The notes beneath the pieces are model-generated. The model was not told the DNA's origin. It saw only the letters and a list, made by a program, of their open reading frames with translations, and ran no database searches. Positions 14,045-26,852 of a DNA stretch of 64,000 bases are shown in pieces. Each line of letters begins with the position of its first letter. The first letter of the stretch is position 1. The stretch covers positions 19,209,642 through 19,273,641 of the forward strand of contig CM119265.1 of assembly GCA_051294375.1 (NCBI GenBank). Direction: 5' to 3'. Origin of the DNA: Paraspadella gotoi. Lineage: Eukaryota; Animalia; Chaetognatha. The translations under genes and the position numbers were made by a program.

Positions 14045-14959
14045 AAAAAAAAGAAAAAAAAAAGTTTCTCGGTAATTTCTCGCACCTGTCAAAGTTATCC
14101 AGTCCCCTTTGGCCTTCTTCTCTCTCTTCCATACTACCCCTTTTCCTCTCTTCGTCCCTTCATTCTCCCTTCCTCTTTTTCTCCCGCTCCCTTTCACTTC
14201 TCACGGAACTCATTTTGTTTTTTATTTTTCCTTTACCCTATTTATTTTTTTTACTCAAAGAGAAATGCAGAAAGGAGATACAGACGGATGGAAAGGCAGA
14301 CAAAAAAGAGAGCAAAAGTCAGACTTAAAGTCTGTATGTACTTTCGTCCGACGTTGGCATTATTATTCGGTTCCGTTTTTCTTAAGTCTCATCGTCCTTG
14401 ATACGAGGACAAACTGGCCAATTGTGGTCATTGTGAACATAGTGACGACGATAACACTTCCTCAACGACTTTCTAGGCCGAGTAGCGCTCAGGTTTTAAA
14501 TGTCGTCTCTGCTGGGAGAAACAGGTGTTTATGAAGTGGTAGAAAGATAATTTCAAAGGCATTTTGAAGTTTTTGGTGAGAAAACCGATGACGACGACGA
14601 CGACGACGCACGACGGCGATGTTTTCGACGGTCTTCTTCTTGATTTCTTGACAAAATCTCTTTGTCAGCCAATATTGTCAATATTCGTCGTCGTTCGTAC
14701 AGGAATCGTAATAGAAAAGATGTCTCTCTTGACTTCCTTAAAAGGACTATGAATCCGACTAAGAGAGAGAGAAGGAGGAGAAATAAAACACACAGAAAAA
14801 AATAGTGAACCTCTCAAAATGGAATCATGTTTTTAATTATTCATTATACAATTAAATTTTGGGTAAGATTATCAAATGCAGAAGGCACAGTTGAAAACGA
14901 AAAAATCTACAATCCAACATGCATCCTCTTCTCTNNNNNNNNNNNNNNNNNNNNNNNNN

Positions 14960-15344
14960 AGAAAAAAAAGAGATAAAAATTTTAAAGTTTTCAGTGTTAA
15001 AAAGAAAAAATTAAAGATAGAAAAACAGTAAACAAATAGCTCCGTTAAAATAACCCGTTCCATCCCAACTTACAATTACAGAACGAAAGGTTTGCCCACG
15101 ATTGAAAATAATTTCCACCCCCCCCCTCCGCGTTCACCTACGTTCCGACCCTTCATGAATATCGCGTACGCTCGTAACCGTTTATGGCGATACATTTAGA
15201 TGTAAAGACCCTGTAGAATTCTCTTGAGCTAAAAATAAATACCCCGAATAAGATTTCGCCGTTACCCAACGCTCGGGAGAACGACGACGACGACGACGAC
15301 GACGATTAAGGAAAACGACTTTTCCTCAGCTACTAGTAGTTCAA

Positions 15345-15384
<40 letters not shown>

Positions 15385-15543
15385 TAATGCGAAGCCGTTT
15401 GCGTCAAAGCGTCCATCGCATCGAACGTCTCCAGAGTCCGGGAGCAATAGAATCGAATATCAGTTTCATTTCAAGGCGAGTGTTCAGCGAAAGGCCGATT
15501 TAAGGCTGACGGAAGGATCGTTATATATGATTCGATACAGTGG

Positions 15544-15585
<42 letters not shown>
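14960..15585 (-). repeat. Clean inverted copy of about 235-890
   Basis: cagtaaacaaatagctccgttaaaataacccgttcc is the reverse complement of about 785-820. The peptide DVELLVAEEKS occurs in ORF 329 (+) and ORF 15447 (-). Confidence 0.92.
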
Positions 15586-15588
<3 letters not shown>

Positions 15589-17586
15589 TTCTTTAGTCGC
15601 AAGAAGGAAACTGATAAAACGCTGAGGACCCAGTTTTTTTTTTTGTTGGGAATCGAATGACCTCGCGACATTTTAAATCAAATTTTGGTGACGTGACGAC
15701 GTCATTCTTTTACTTTGGGACAAAACGTAGGAAATATTGTGTAACTAAACTCAATTATACAATCCCCATCTGATGCCATTAACCATTTATAATTAACCAT
15801 TTCAATCTCAACCAAAAGCCGTGTGAAGTCTACACATGTGAGGTTTAAGTGATTCACGTAAATCCAGACCTCGAACGCCAAATCGTGAGAAGCTTATTTA
15901 AATTTTCGGAGTCTTACCCTCAAAAAAATAATCCGACCGCATTTTTTCGCGCTTCTCATCTAAACGAAGACAAAGTGACAATGAAAGATCCCGAGATTGT
16001 TTGGCCAAGGAATGAATGGAAAAAATAAAGCGGAATGGGGGGGGAGAGATTTCTGATACTCTAATGCCGCTACTTGAATATGTATTTCGCACCTGTGATT
16101 TTAAATCCGGGTTCAAAACCAGAAAAAAAAAAGAGGAATAAAGGAAAAAACAAACATTTAGACGTATGTATACATAATGAAAAAGGGATCGAGAAAAGAC
16201 GAAGGGAGAAAAAGTTTGATAAAATTCGGTTTTTTTTCTATTTCGCTTTTTAAAAGTCGCTAAGTTATATCAATTAATGTTAAATTGTATACAAACATGT
16301 AAAAACTACGAACCCCCCTGATCCACCATCATCTCCAAAGCCAAAAAAATAAAGGATCCAGAATCTGTCTAGAAAAAGAAAAATGATTAATGGTTTTTGA
16401 ATGGTTGGAAAAATTTGGGACGACTACGATAATGACGACGACGACGGCGACGGCGACGACGGCGAAGAAGAAGATGCGGAATGTTAACAATTGCGATGAC
16501 AGTGACGACGGAAAGACAAATGAGCAATCGAGATTAAGATTTCAGCCGTCTCTAAAAACCCAGCAAATATAAAAAGTCAGTGGGATTCCCTATTAGAGAA
16601 TAGTAAATTTCAATCGTTTTCACGTTTAAGAGTTTACAGTCGATAACGACTGCCGAGAACGCTGACAACAACAACAACGACGACCACGACGATGACAGTA
16701 GACCGAAGACTGCGGATCGTCGCGCCCTCTTCGGCGATAAGGGGCCGCCGAACGGAATCGAGAGAGAGAGAGAGAAAAAAAAACAAGATAGCATCGCGAT
16801 TTTCGCGACTGAAAAATCCGCGTCTGTCAATAAGGAGATTAGAGGTTCGCGGGTCGATGGTGACCGAAATAGAACCCATGTGGACGTCGAGATCGGCGGC
16901 GGCGGCGGCGGCGGCGCGGCGTCATCGTCTTGGAAATTGTGAGACCCAGTGACGAGAGAGAAAGAGAGTTTTTTTTTTGCTCTCGCCGTTCATTTCTTTC
17001 GTTCTCCTTGTTTGAAAATTCCGCATCTAAGGTCGATCTTGAAGTTCGGTTTTTCGCGACATCTTGTGGAAAAGAGGGAAACTTTTTTTTTTAGAAAGAA
17101 TATAAAAAGCAGAAACAAATACATAAAGACGCCAGAAATTTTTTTTAAAAATTGGAAAAATTTAAGAGTTTTTGACTATTATTAACCAGGAATTTGGTAC
17201 ATTACTTCTCGAGAATTTATTTTTTACAACTATTTATTTTCCTTTATTACTTAGCTATCCTCTTTTCAATGATTCTTGTTTTAAATTTTCTTTTATCAAT
17301 TTTTTTTCCCCGAGAGAAAGAGTTCCCTTAACCCTGAAGGTTTTTTCCCAGGATCTTACCGAAAGAAAATAAAAAAAGTGGGAAAACAGGTTTATTCCCC
17401 TTTTTCAAATTTTTTTCAAAGGAAATTTTTAAAAATACAACATTTTGAGTAAATTGAGGCGCGTCTCCGTCACCGTGACCTTTCCTTCTATTGTTTTAAT
17501 CGTGATTTCGGACAGATAGAGATGAAAGGCGAGAGAGATAGAGAGGGAGATATTTAGTGCGAAGTGAGGAAGATAGAGAGAGAGGA

Positions 17587-17660
<74 letters not shown>

Positions 17661-17910
17661 AAGTTCAGACAAGAATCGTGCAGTAAAACTAGAACAGGAA
17701 GCGGAAGCGAAAGTCTGTTAGCTTCGCGCCGGTAGAATCTTCTTTTTTAATTGATTTTCACTTCCATTTAGCCTCTCTTTTCTCTTTGCTATTCACCCAT
17801 AAGCTCCTCATTCCTTACCCGACATGCGACGCCATTGGACTCACCCTTTTAAACTTCGACGAAATCCCCCTCTTTCATTTTTGTCTTCGTGAAGGGAAAC
17901 GTCACCAGAT

Positions 17911-18737
17911 NNNNNNNNNNNNNNNNNNNNNNNNNNNNNNNNNNNNNNNNNNNNNNNNNNNNNNNNNNNNNNNNNNNNNNNNNNNNNNNNNNNNNNNNNN
18001 NNNNNNNNNNNNNNNNNNNNNNNNNNNNNNNNNNNNNNNNNNNNNNNNNNNNNNNNNNNNNNNNNNNNNNNNNNNNNNNNNNNNNNNNNNNNNNNNNNNN
18101 NNNNNNNNNNNNNNNNNNNNNNNNNNNNNNNNNNNNNNNNNNNNNNNNNNNNNNNNNNNNNNNNNNNNNNNNNNNNNNNNNNNNNNNNNNNNNNNNNNNN
18201 NNNNNNNNNNNNNNNNNNNNNNNNNNNNNNNNNNNNNNNNNNNNNNNNNNNNNNNNNNNNNNNNNNNNNNNNNNNNNNNNNNNNNNNNNNNNNNNNNNNN
18301 NNNNNNNNNNNNNNNNNNNNNNNNNNNNNNNNNNNNNNNNNNNNNNNNNNNNNNNNNNNNNNNNNNNNNNNNNNNNNNNNNNNNNNNNNNNNNNNNNNNN
18401 NNNNNNNNNNNNNNNNNNNNNNNNNNNNNNNNNNNNNNNNNNNNNNNNNNNNNNNNNNNNNNNNNNNNNNNNNNNNNNNNNNNNNNNNNNNNNNNNNNNN
18501 NNNNNNNNNNNNNNNNNNNNNNNNNNNNNNNNNNNNNNNNNNNNNNNNNNNNNNNNNNNNNNNNNNNNNNNNNNNNNNNNNNNNNNNNNNNNNNNNNNNN
18601 NNNNNNNNNNNNNNNNNNNNNNNNNNNNNNNNNNNNNNNNNNNNNNNNNNNNNNNNNNNNNNNNNNNNNNNNNNNNNNNNNNNNNNNNNNNNNNNNNNNN
18701 NNNNNNNNNNNNNNNNNNNNNNNNNNNNNNNNNNNNN
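17911..18737. other. Assembly gap (N run); other large gaps at 21908-22331, 38849-39056 and 51303-52231, plus many small ones
   Basis: Runs of n in the sequence. Confidence 0.99.
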
Positions 18738-19088
18738 TCTTCTTCATATTAGAACAAAAGTAAAAAAGGAGGCGTGGTCACTGATTCGTCGGCGCCAATA
18801 ACGAAAGCGTCACTCCATAAACTTGAATCAATTTTTATCGAACTAAACTTTAGTTCGATAATCTAAAGAGACGAAGAGATTTCACGGTTTTTGAGTCTCG
18901 AGGTCAACCGATCGAAAGAGACTCNNNNNNNNNNNNNNNNNNNNNNNNNNNNNNNNNNNNNNNNNNNNNNNNNNNNNNNNNNNNNNNNNNNNNNNNNNNN
19001 NNNNNNNNNNNNNNNNNNNNNNNNNNNNNNNNNNNNNNNNNNNNNNNNNNNNNNNNNNNNNNNNNNNNNNNNNNNNNNNNNNNNNNNN

Positions 19089-19125
<37 letters not shown>

Positions 19126-19281
19126 TCACTTTTTGGCGACCTCAACGATTCATTTTCAAATTCCTTTCCTTGTAACAAGTTTCAAACGCTTCTATAATTT
19201 ATTGAGAATCATAGATTTAGGACTCCCATTTAAATTTCGAAGAACTTAAATTTTTTGGGATTGTTTTGTTATTTCAAGTTT

Positions 19282-19326
19282 GTGACGTCATCCCCCGGGC
19301 AAAATGACGTCACGGACAATCACATG
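19282..19326. promoter_or_regulatory. Paired CRE palindromes (TGACGTCA at 19283 and 19305) followed by an E-box (CACATG at 19321)
   Basis: GTGACGTCAT-N12-ATGACGTCAC is seen directly; function is inferred only from the motif match. Confidence 0.3.
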
Positions 19327-20647
19327 ACAGAATAGGTAACGGAAATCTGAAAACGAAAGACAAAAATAGACACAAAAGTGGAAGTAGTAAGTGCGAATTA
19401 TAATTTATATGCTTAGTTATGTAACAAATAGAAATAATNNNNNNNNNNNNNNNNNNNNNNNNNAGGAAGAGAAAGGATCGAAAATGGCGACTTTTTTTTT
19501 AGGATGACAGGAATCGCGAAGGTGATCACATGATTGGCTTCGTTTACGCGACGAGGATTTCGATGAGGTGGCATTAGGGAAGCGACGGGCGATTACGACG
19601 ACGAAAACGACGATGTTGACGACGACGAAAACGACGATGACAATGACGATGACGCTGACGTGAACGACAACGACCAGAATGACGATGACATTAGTTTAAA
19701 ACGAATATTTCGGAACCTCTCATTTTTTTTTTCATTTTCATTTTTGGCTAAAAATTCTTATTTTGTCCCGTTGAGAGAGAGAGAACGAGAGAGAGAGAAC
19801 GAGAGTGAGAGAGAGAGCCCCCACCTCCTGAGCCACCTTTCTCCTGTCCTGACGACCCGTGCCAGCCCGGCAGCGGTCCCACCTTCCCCGGCCCCGCAGA
19901 TCCCTGGGACCCCTTTCACCCGAAAACCGATTTTATTCCTTGTTTCTGTTATGGAAATTCGCCAGGATTACGCAAGTGATTTTCGGCTCTTTTTCTCCTC
20001 GTCCTCTTCACTCATCTTCTTCTTCTTTCTTCTTCTTCCTCTTCCTCCTCCTCCTCCTCCTCCTNNNNNNNNNNNNNNNNNNNNNNNNNNNNNNNNNNNN
20101 NNNNNNNNNNNNNNNNNNNNTCATTGTTTCCTTCTTTTCGGAGGATAATACTTTTTTTTTTCTTTATTTTTTCTTTTTTACTTTTTAGTTGTTTTTTTTT
20201 CCACGTTCCTTAAGTTTTTTTTATTAGCATTCCAAAGTTCTTTTATTTTTGATAAACCATATAGTAAAAAGAACCATTTTTTTATGAATCAATATTATAA
20301 ATGTATAAAAAAATCATTCAAAACATTCCATCTTTATAGATTCAACAAGAACGATTAAAACCCGAATGTCATCGATTAATTTCTTCCTCGGATATTTAAT
20401 GTTGACAATCTCGGGTCAGGTCGGCGGTGGAGGATGAATATCAAAAGGATTCCAAGTACTCGCGCGTCGGCGTCTTTTAAGTCTTTCCCTTTAAAAGTCT
20501 GGGCGAAAGTCCATTCATCGAATCCTCTTCAAATCCAGACGGAATCCCGATTAACATAATCCTACTGGAAAAAGAAATAAAAAGCGGAGAAATGAAGAGG
20601 GGGGGCCAGGGGGGAATAGAAAATACCGGGATTGTTTGTTGGGGGGG

Positions 20648-20763
<116 letters not shown>

Positions 20764-22754
20764 AGGGGAGAAAAACAAACAATCGACAGAAAATAATCCC
20801 GCGATTCTCATTTTAGATTTGATTGGTAAAAGGGGAGCACGCGTTTTCAAACGCTATTCGTCGTCGTCGTCGTCGTCGTCATCTACGTATGTGGTCGTCG
20901 TCGTCGTCGTTATCGTAGCTCCAAACGGCGACGACAAAGTTCCCTACGATGTTTCCTTTCTTGTGCCGCTAGGTATTCCAAACTTATGTCAATTTTTTTT
21001 TTATTATTTATATTTTATTTCAACAAAATTAAATTTCTTGTCTAGTTTTTCCCTGAGAGAATTCCTCCGCGTTTGCCACTGGGCAAGTTGCAGAACGGTT
21101 TTTTCTTTATTCCATCTCTATCCTCTCTTTTTTTCTTTTTCTTTTTAACCTTTCTTTCTTTTTTCCTTCTCCCCATTTACCGCTTCCCCCATTGTTTATA
21201 GATTTAGATAGATTTATTCATCTTCTCTCGTTTTCCTTTCTAATTCCATTTTCTCTTCACTGTTTCTTTTTTGTCTTCCTTCGATCCGCGTATATCTGAA
21301 TCAGTGTCCCTGTTGTAAAACTCCACTTTAGCTCATTCTCCTTCTTATCTTCTCAAAACACTGATATTGCTCCCCCTCGATGATTTCGAAAATTCTCTAA
21401 TTTTTCCGAAGGTCGTCACGAATGAAAACTTGACTCATGTCGTCAAATTCGTTTCATCCCCACCTCGCCCCATTTTTGAACAAAAGACGTCACCGTCTTA
21501 AAACCGAAAAACCACATAACCACCCGCGCCCTCTTTCCGACTTTTCAGCCCCGAGGCGTCGAAAATTCAAATTTTAAAGAATAAAATAAAGAAAAGAAAG
21601 AATCGTGACTTTTCTTTAAAAAAAAAAATTGAAAATTTAAAGTTGTTTATTTATCGGGTTAAAGTTCGAACGAAACTCATAAATTATCCGATTTGGAAAG
21701 ACGACTTTATTGTTTTTCAGAATCGGGAAGGTCTATTGGGAAATCGGAGGTTGAAGCGGAGAAAGAGGAGGAGGAGGAGGAGGAGGAGGAGGAGGAGGAG
21801 GAGGAAGATTAGGAGGGGAAGAAAGCAAAAAGGAGGAAAGAAGGAAAAAATTTAAAAATGATAATAGTGATCGAAAAATTAAATTCGACTACTTGTTAGC
21901 GTCAGACNNNNNNNNNNNNNNNNNNNNNNNNNNNNNNNNNNNNNNNNNNNNNNNNNNNNNNNNNNNNNNNNNNNNNNNNNNNNNNNNNNNNNNNNNNNNN
22001 NNNNNNNNNNNNNNNNNNNNNNNNNNNNNNNNNNNNNNNNNNNNNNNNNNNNNNNNNNNNNNNNNNNNNNNNNNNNNNNNNNNNNNNNNNNNNNNNNNNN
22101 NNNNNNNNNNNNNNNNNNNNNNNNNNNNNNNNNNNNNNNNNNNNNNNNNNNNNNNNNNNNNNNNNNNNNNNNNNNNNNNNNNNNNNNNNNNNNNNNNNNN
22201 NNNNNNNNNNNNNNNNNNNNNNNNNNNNNNNNNNNNNNNNNNNNNNNNNNNNNNNNNNNNNNNNNNNNNNNNNNNNNNNNNNNNNNNNNNNNNNNNNNNN
22301 NNNNNNNNNNNNNNNNNNNNNNNNNNNNNNNNTTTTTTTTTGCGAAAAAATATTCAATTGTTTATTTTCATCGACCGAAATGAGAGAAATTTAGAACTGA
22401 AAAAAGTCTGCAGCATTTTCGATGTGCCGTCGAGAGAGTCCACAATGTTGCATTTTTCCGCAACTACGGTATATATATCCCGACCAAATAGCTTGTACTT
22501 CAATAACCAGTGAATTGATTTCTCTTTTTTAATAATTTTCCAGCTTACCACTTTATTCAACCCTGACTCTCCTACCCAACGTGTCGAAAAATACAAAGAC
22601 ATTAATAGTCTCGTTTTGTAAAGATAATAAGATAATAATAAAAATTGACAAATTCTTTTCAATTTTCAAAGACAAAAAGAAACGAAATTCCATCACGCTC
22701 GGCGAGCGAGATTCTGTCTCTCTCTCTTCCTCTTCTCTCCTCTCTCTCTCTCTC

Positions 22755-22797
<43 letters not shown>

Positions 22798-24499
22798 GTC
22801 CTTTCACTTCCTTCACTTCCCTCGCTGTTCGAATAAAAAATGTGCTCAACTTTTTTTTTTCAATAAGTCAGTTTTTTTTATATCTGGATATAGATTATTT
22901 CCTTCTTTGATCCATATTTTTTTGTTTTGTTCAGTTTGTTTCCGAGTGCGCGGTGGTTCAAAAACGATCTTAGTCTCCTCTGCCAGACACAGGTACTACT
23001 AGGAGGAAATGCCGGACGAAGGCTGGCGGACGCCGCGCAGGCCGAACCGGGGAGCAGCATGGCTAGCCGGGCTACCGAGAAGACGGTTCCCCATGGCATC
23101 GGTCCCCGCGTTGTGTTACCTCATCCGCCCATCGTGTCGTTTCTGCTTTAGCTGCATTCTTTTTACTGCAATCTACAACCTCGAATCATATCTAATACGC
23201 GTGGACTACTAAGCATCGTCTCTCATAACTACCGTCCCTCGAAGCTGATTCTTTTATACAGGTGACTTATCTTTATTCCCCATCTACATCTCATCTCTTC
23301 CATCTCTACGAACTGCAGATAGCAGTGATGAGGAAGTATTCGTTTATTATATGAGTAGGTGGCTGTTAAAATGTACAAATGTACTTGTTTTCTTTACTGG
23401 TCTCCTCCTACTGTATGTTAAGCCTTATTATTCTGTTACAAAATATCGTGAGACGTTAGTAATATCTTTGTATTTTTCGCACGTTGGAAAGATAGTCTAA
23501 GGATAGAATAATTAGTAAAGTGGAAAATTCATTATGAATTGAATGAGAAAAGCCGATAATTCATGGTAATTGAAGTGGCAAGAATTTGATCAGGAGAAGA
23601 GATGATATTACTAGTATGTTGCTTAAGAATTGAAGCGAGATTAGCAATCTTTCTATCTCACAATCGAATTTGCAGTACTCTTTATCAGTTGCTAAATCTC
23701 TCATTTGCGGTGTTTGGTCTGATGAAAAAACAATATGAGATATTTTTCTGCAAAAAAAAAGAGAAAAAACTTTGTAAATCGATAGTAATGCGCGATCGTA
23801 TCTGTCTCGCCGTCCAGCGGCTTCGCCGTCGGCTGCGGCGTGCGGCGATCGTTCGCTAGACGAGCGACATATCGAAAAAATATGACAACAAAAAAAACGA
23901 AAAGTATCTTTTTTAGTTTATCTTTTTTATCTTATTTTTGATTCTCAGCTTTTTTGTGGATAATCTTTCGATGAATCACGCCGGCGTAATATTACTTCAT
24001 TCATCTACTTGATTTTTTTTCTTTTTTAAGAAAAAAAATAAATCTTTGCTTTCGTAAGGACTGCTGATCATTTATGTGAAAAGCATAAGAAGACAACAAT
24101 CTCAATTACATTCTTTTCTCGGTCTCATAACTTCATTCTAATGCTGTACACGCAGACGGGGCGTGTAGCGTCCTCGTGCGTATATAAGGTGGAACGGACA
24201 GGTGCTTCGAAGTGCGGCAACTGCCCGCTCTCGGTTATTTCACTCGAGCTCTCTTCTTTCAATTAGGACACGCATACAATAAGGTAAGTAAGCTGTACGA
24301 GCCAAGCTGAGTTTAGCTCAAAACTACTTTGTCTACCGAGGTACTGACGCAAGCTTCGGTAAATTACATAACAGAGGCGGCCAGGGTTATAGTACCGCGA
24401 GTCCAAAGTGACACTAGAAGCACGACGCGCTCCCTGGAAGTATTATGACATGAAGATATTAATATATGTAACTGATGGCAGTAGAAAAAAAGATAGCTG

Positions 24500-26800
24500 A
24501 GCATTAATCATGCGACTCCGGTTGATGTCGCGACTTCTCTAGGTCGATGAAATTAGATAAATTTTAACTTGATTTCCCTTAAATTCATTTATTTATTAGA
24601 TTCTTTTCCTTCTCTCTAGCTCCTTCTTCAGCGTGTCTCTCTCCTCTGTCTAAATCAATTCCTCTTCCTTTTTCTTCAATTTACAATTTTTCTCTCCCCC
24701 TCTGAAATCGCTTTTGCCCACGCTCCTTCTCTTGACTACTCCTCCTCTCTCCTCTTTATCTCGTCTATCCAACTCCCGACCTCTTCCTCTCCTCGATTCC
24801 CGCCTATCTGCTTGTGAAACCAATTATCAAGTCATTCTTTCACATTACTCGGAGATTTTTGTTACTTTGTCTGATTATAAGCGACCTGAATATACATATA
24901 TCAATTGTGATAAAACCCTTGTAGATTTATCTGTATGCTAAATAATTATTTTTATTTATTATATCTAGCAAAGATAGACGAATCTTTCCTCTCGTCTCCG
25001 TACTATCTATTTTCTCTTATCATTTGAATTTCACGCTCGGCTCGAGAACGAGTAGAGAAGAGGCGACGTAGCTATATGCTGTCTTGTGTGACGGTTTAAG
25101 AAGCAGTGAAGTACTGCTCAATATCTGGGCCGAGTGTAGGTATGAAATCGGATTTTCGAACCGATCATGTCGTCATAAGTTTCTCGATTCCGTCGGACTC
25201 CTTCGTTCATATACGTTAACTTTCCATTATCTCTCTCGTCGATGGGCGTGACGCGATATCGTTAGCTGTCTTTGAGAGCGAGCATTACGATATTTGAGCG
25301 AGATTAGAGACTCGTACTCGCAGTTTTTCGTACATACCGAGACAGCTTGATCCTCAGATGTACAGTCGCGAGTGCGAGAGGATAGAACTCAAAAAATCAA
25401 GAGAATTCAGTTGTAAGAGTACATAGGAAGTCTACGAAGAGTTCAAGAACGAGGAGATGAATGAAGATCGTATACTTTAATCTATATAAGACTAATGACG
25501 CGAAGCAGGTGTCAAACTGGAGTAATGCATAGATTTTAAAAATAGCAGTGAAGAGGAAATGTAAAAGGAAGAAGAGAAAAAGAGAGGATAGAGATGAGAG
25601 TAGAGATGAGATAAGAAACCGTTACTGCAACTGAGCCCATGGCAAAGCATGCGAAGAATCTCTCAGGGAGGAAAAACTAGACAGAGAAATTTTAATTTTG
25701 TTGAAATTGAAATATGAAATAATAAAAAAGAATTGACATAAGTTTGAATAACCTAGACGGCCACAAGAAAGGAAACTATTCGTAGTGGAACTTTGTCGCG
25801 CCGTTTGGAGTACGATAACACGACGGACGACGACCACATACGTAGATGACGACGAGCGACGACGACGACGAATAGCGTGAAAACGCGTGCTCCCCGTGAG
25901 AGAGTTTACAGAATCAAATCTAAAAGTGAGAGACTGCAGGGGACGTACTCTATCTTTCTGGGCCTTGTCAATCTTTGGAGTTTCTCTCGCTGTCGTATGT
26001 TTTCTTTCACTCCTTCATAATGCAAATACTTTCTTGATTGAGCTTCTCTCTCCTGTCTCTATTTTCTTAGACTTACGAGATTACTCAATCTCTCTCTTGC
26101 ATCCACTCTCTCTCTCAACATTCTTCTCTCATTCTCTCTCTTCGTGACTTTCTTTTTACTCTCTTTCTTCAGTCTCTCGCAAACATCGAGACCTCACAAT
26201 CTACAGGGACTAACTTCATCGATCTTCGTACGGACTCCTCGTCTATACTCTGTTTCCCCCCCGAGACAACAATCCGGTATTTTCTAATTCCCCCCTGGCA
26301 CCCCCCTCTTCATGTGAGAGCTCAGGAGCAGACTTTGAGAGAGATTATCGTGAGATGAGGAGAGAGACTGAAGAGAGAGTTTTACCGTCATGATGTTATG
26401 TGTATGCGGGATAAGACCGGCAGTAATGAGAGTGAGATATGAAGAGAAGAGGATACTCGATGAAGGATCCTTTCAGCCTCAGCGACCTTATTTAAGGGAA
26501 AGACTTCAAACAGATAGAACCCGCGCTACAGCGAGCAGTATTTTTGTTATCTAGTTGGGTAATCGAATTACTCGTTCGACATTATTATTATCATCACCAA
26601 CTCTATCTGTCGCAGACCGTGACGACTGTCGAGTATCTTTACTGGGTACACAAAACTGTAGATTGAAATATTTGCGTAGGTAAGACAATATAATACTCAT
26701 GAATCCTATTACTGGTCAATTTTCACTCCGTCTCTTGTTATGAATCATACATACGATTGATGTATTTTGTACAATCGATATCAATTTTTCTAAATCCAAA
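24500..26800 (-). repeat. Highly indel-ridden inverted copy of about 20280-21907
   Basis: About 25620-25930 is the reverse complement of 20790-21095 (gacgaccacatacgtagatgacgacg versus cgtcgtcatctacgtatgtggtcgtc). 26250-26310 matches 20595-20655, and ttaagggaaagactt matches about 20479-20493. Confidence 0.8.
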
Positions 26801-26852
26801 TTGCTCTCAGAGTATGTGTAATCATAGAAAATGCTCCAAATTCCTGATTAGT

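Noticed and set aside
17786-18763. Long ORFs of 281-401 aa here and at 21893-22513 and 51173-52378
   Set aside because: They are open only because they run through N gaps.
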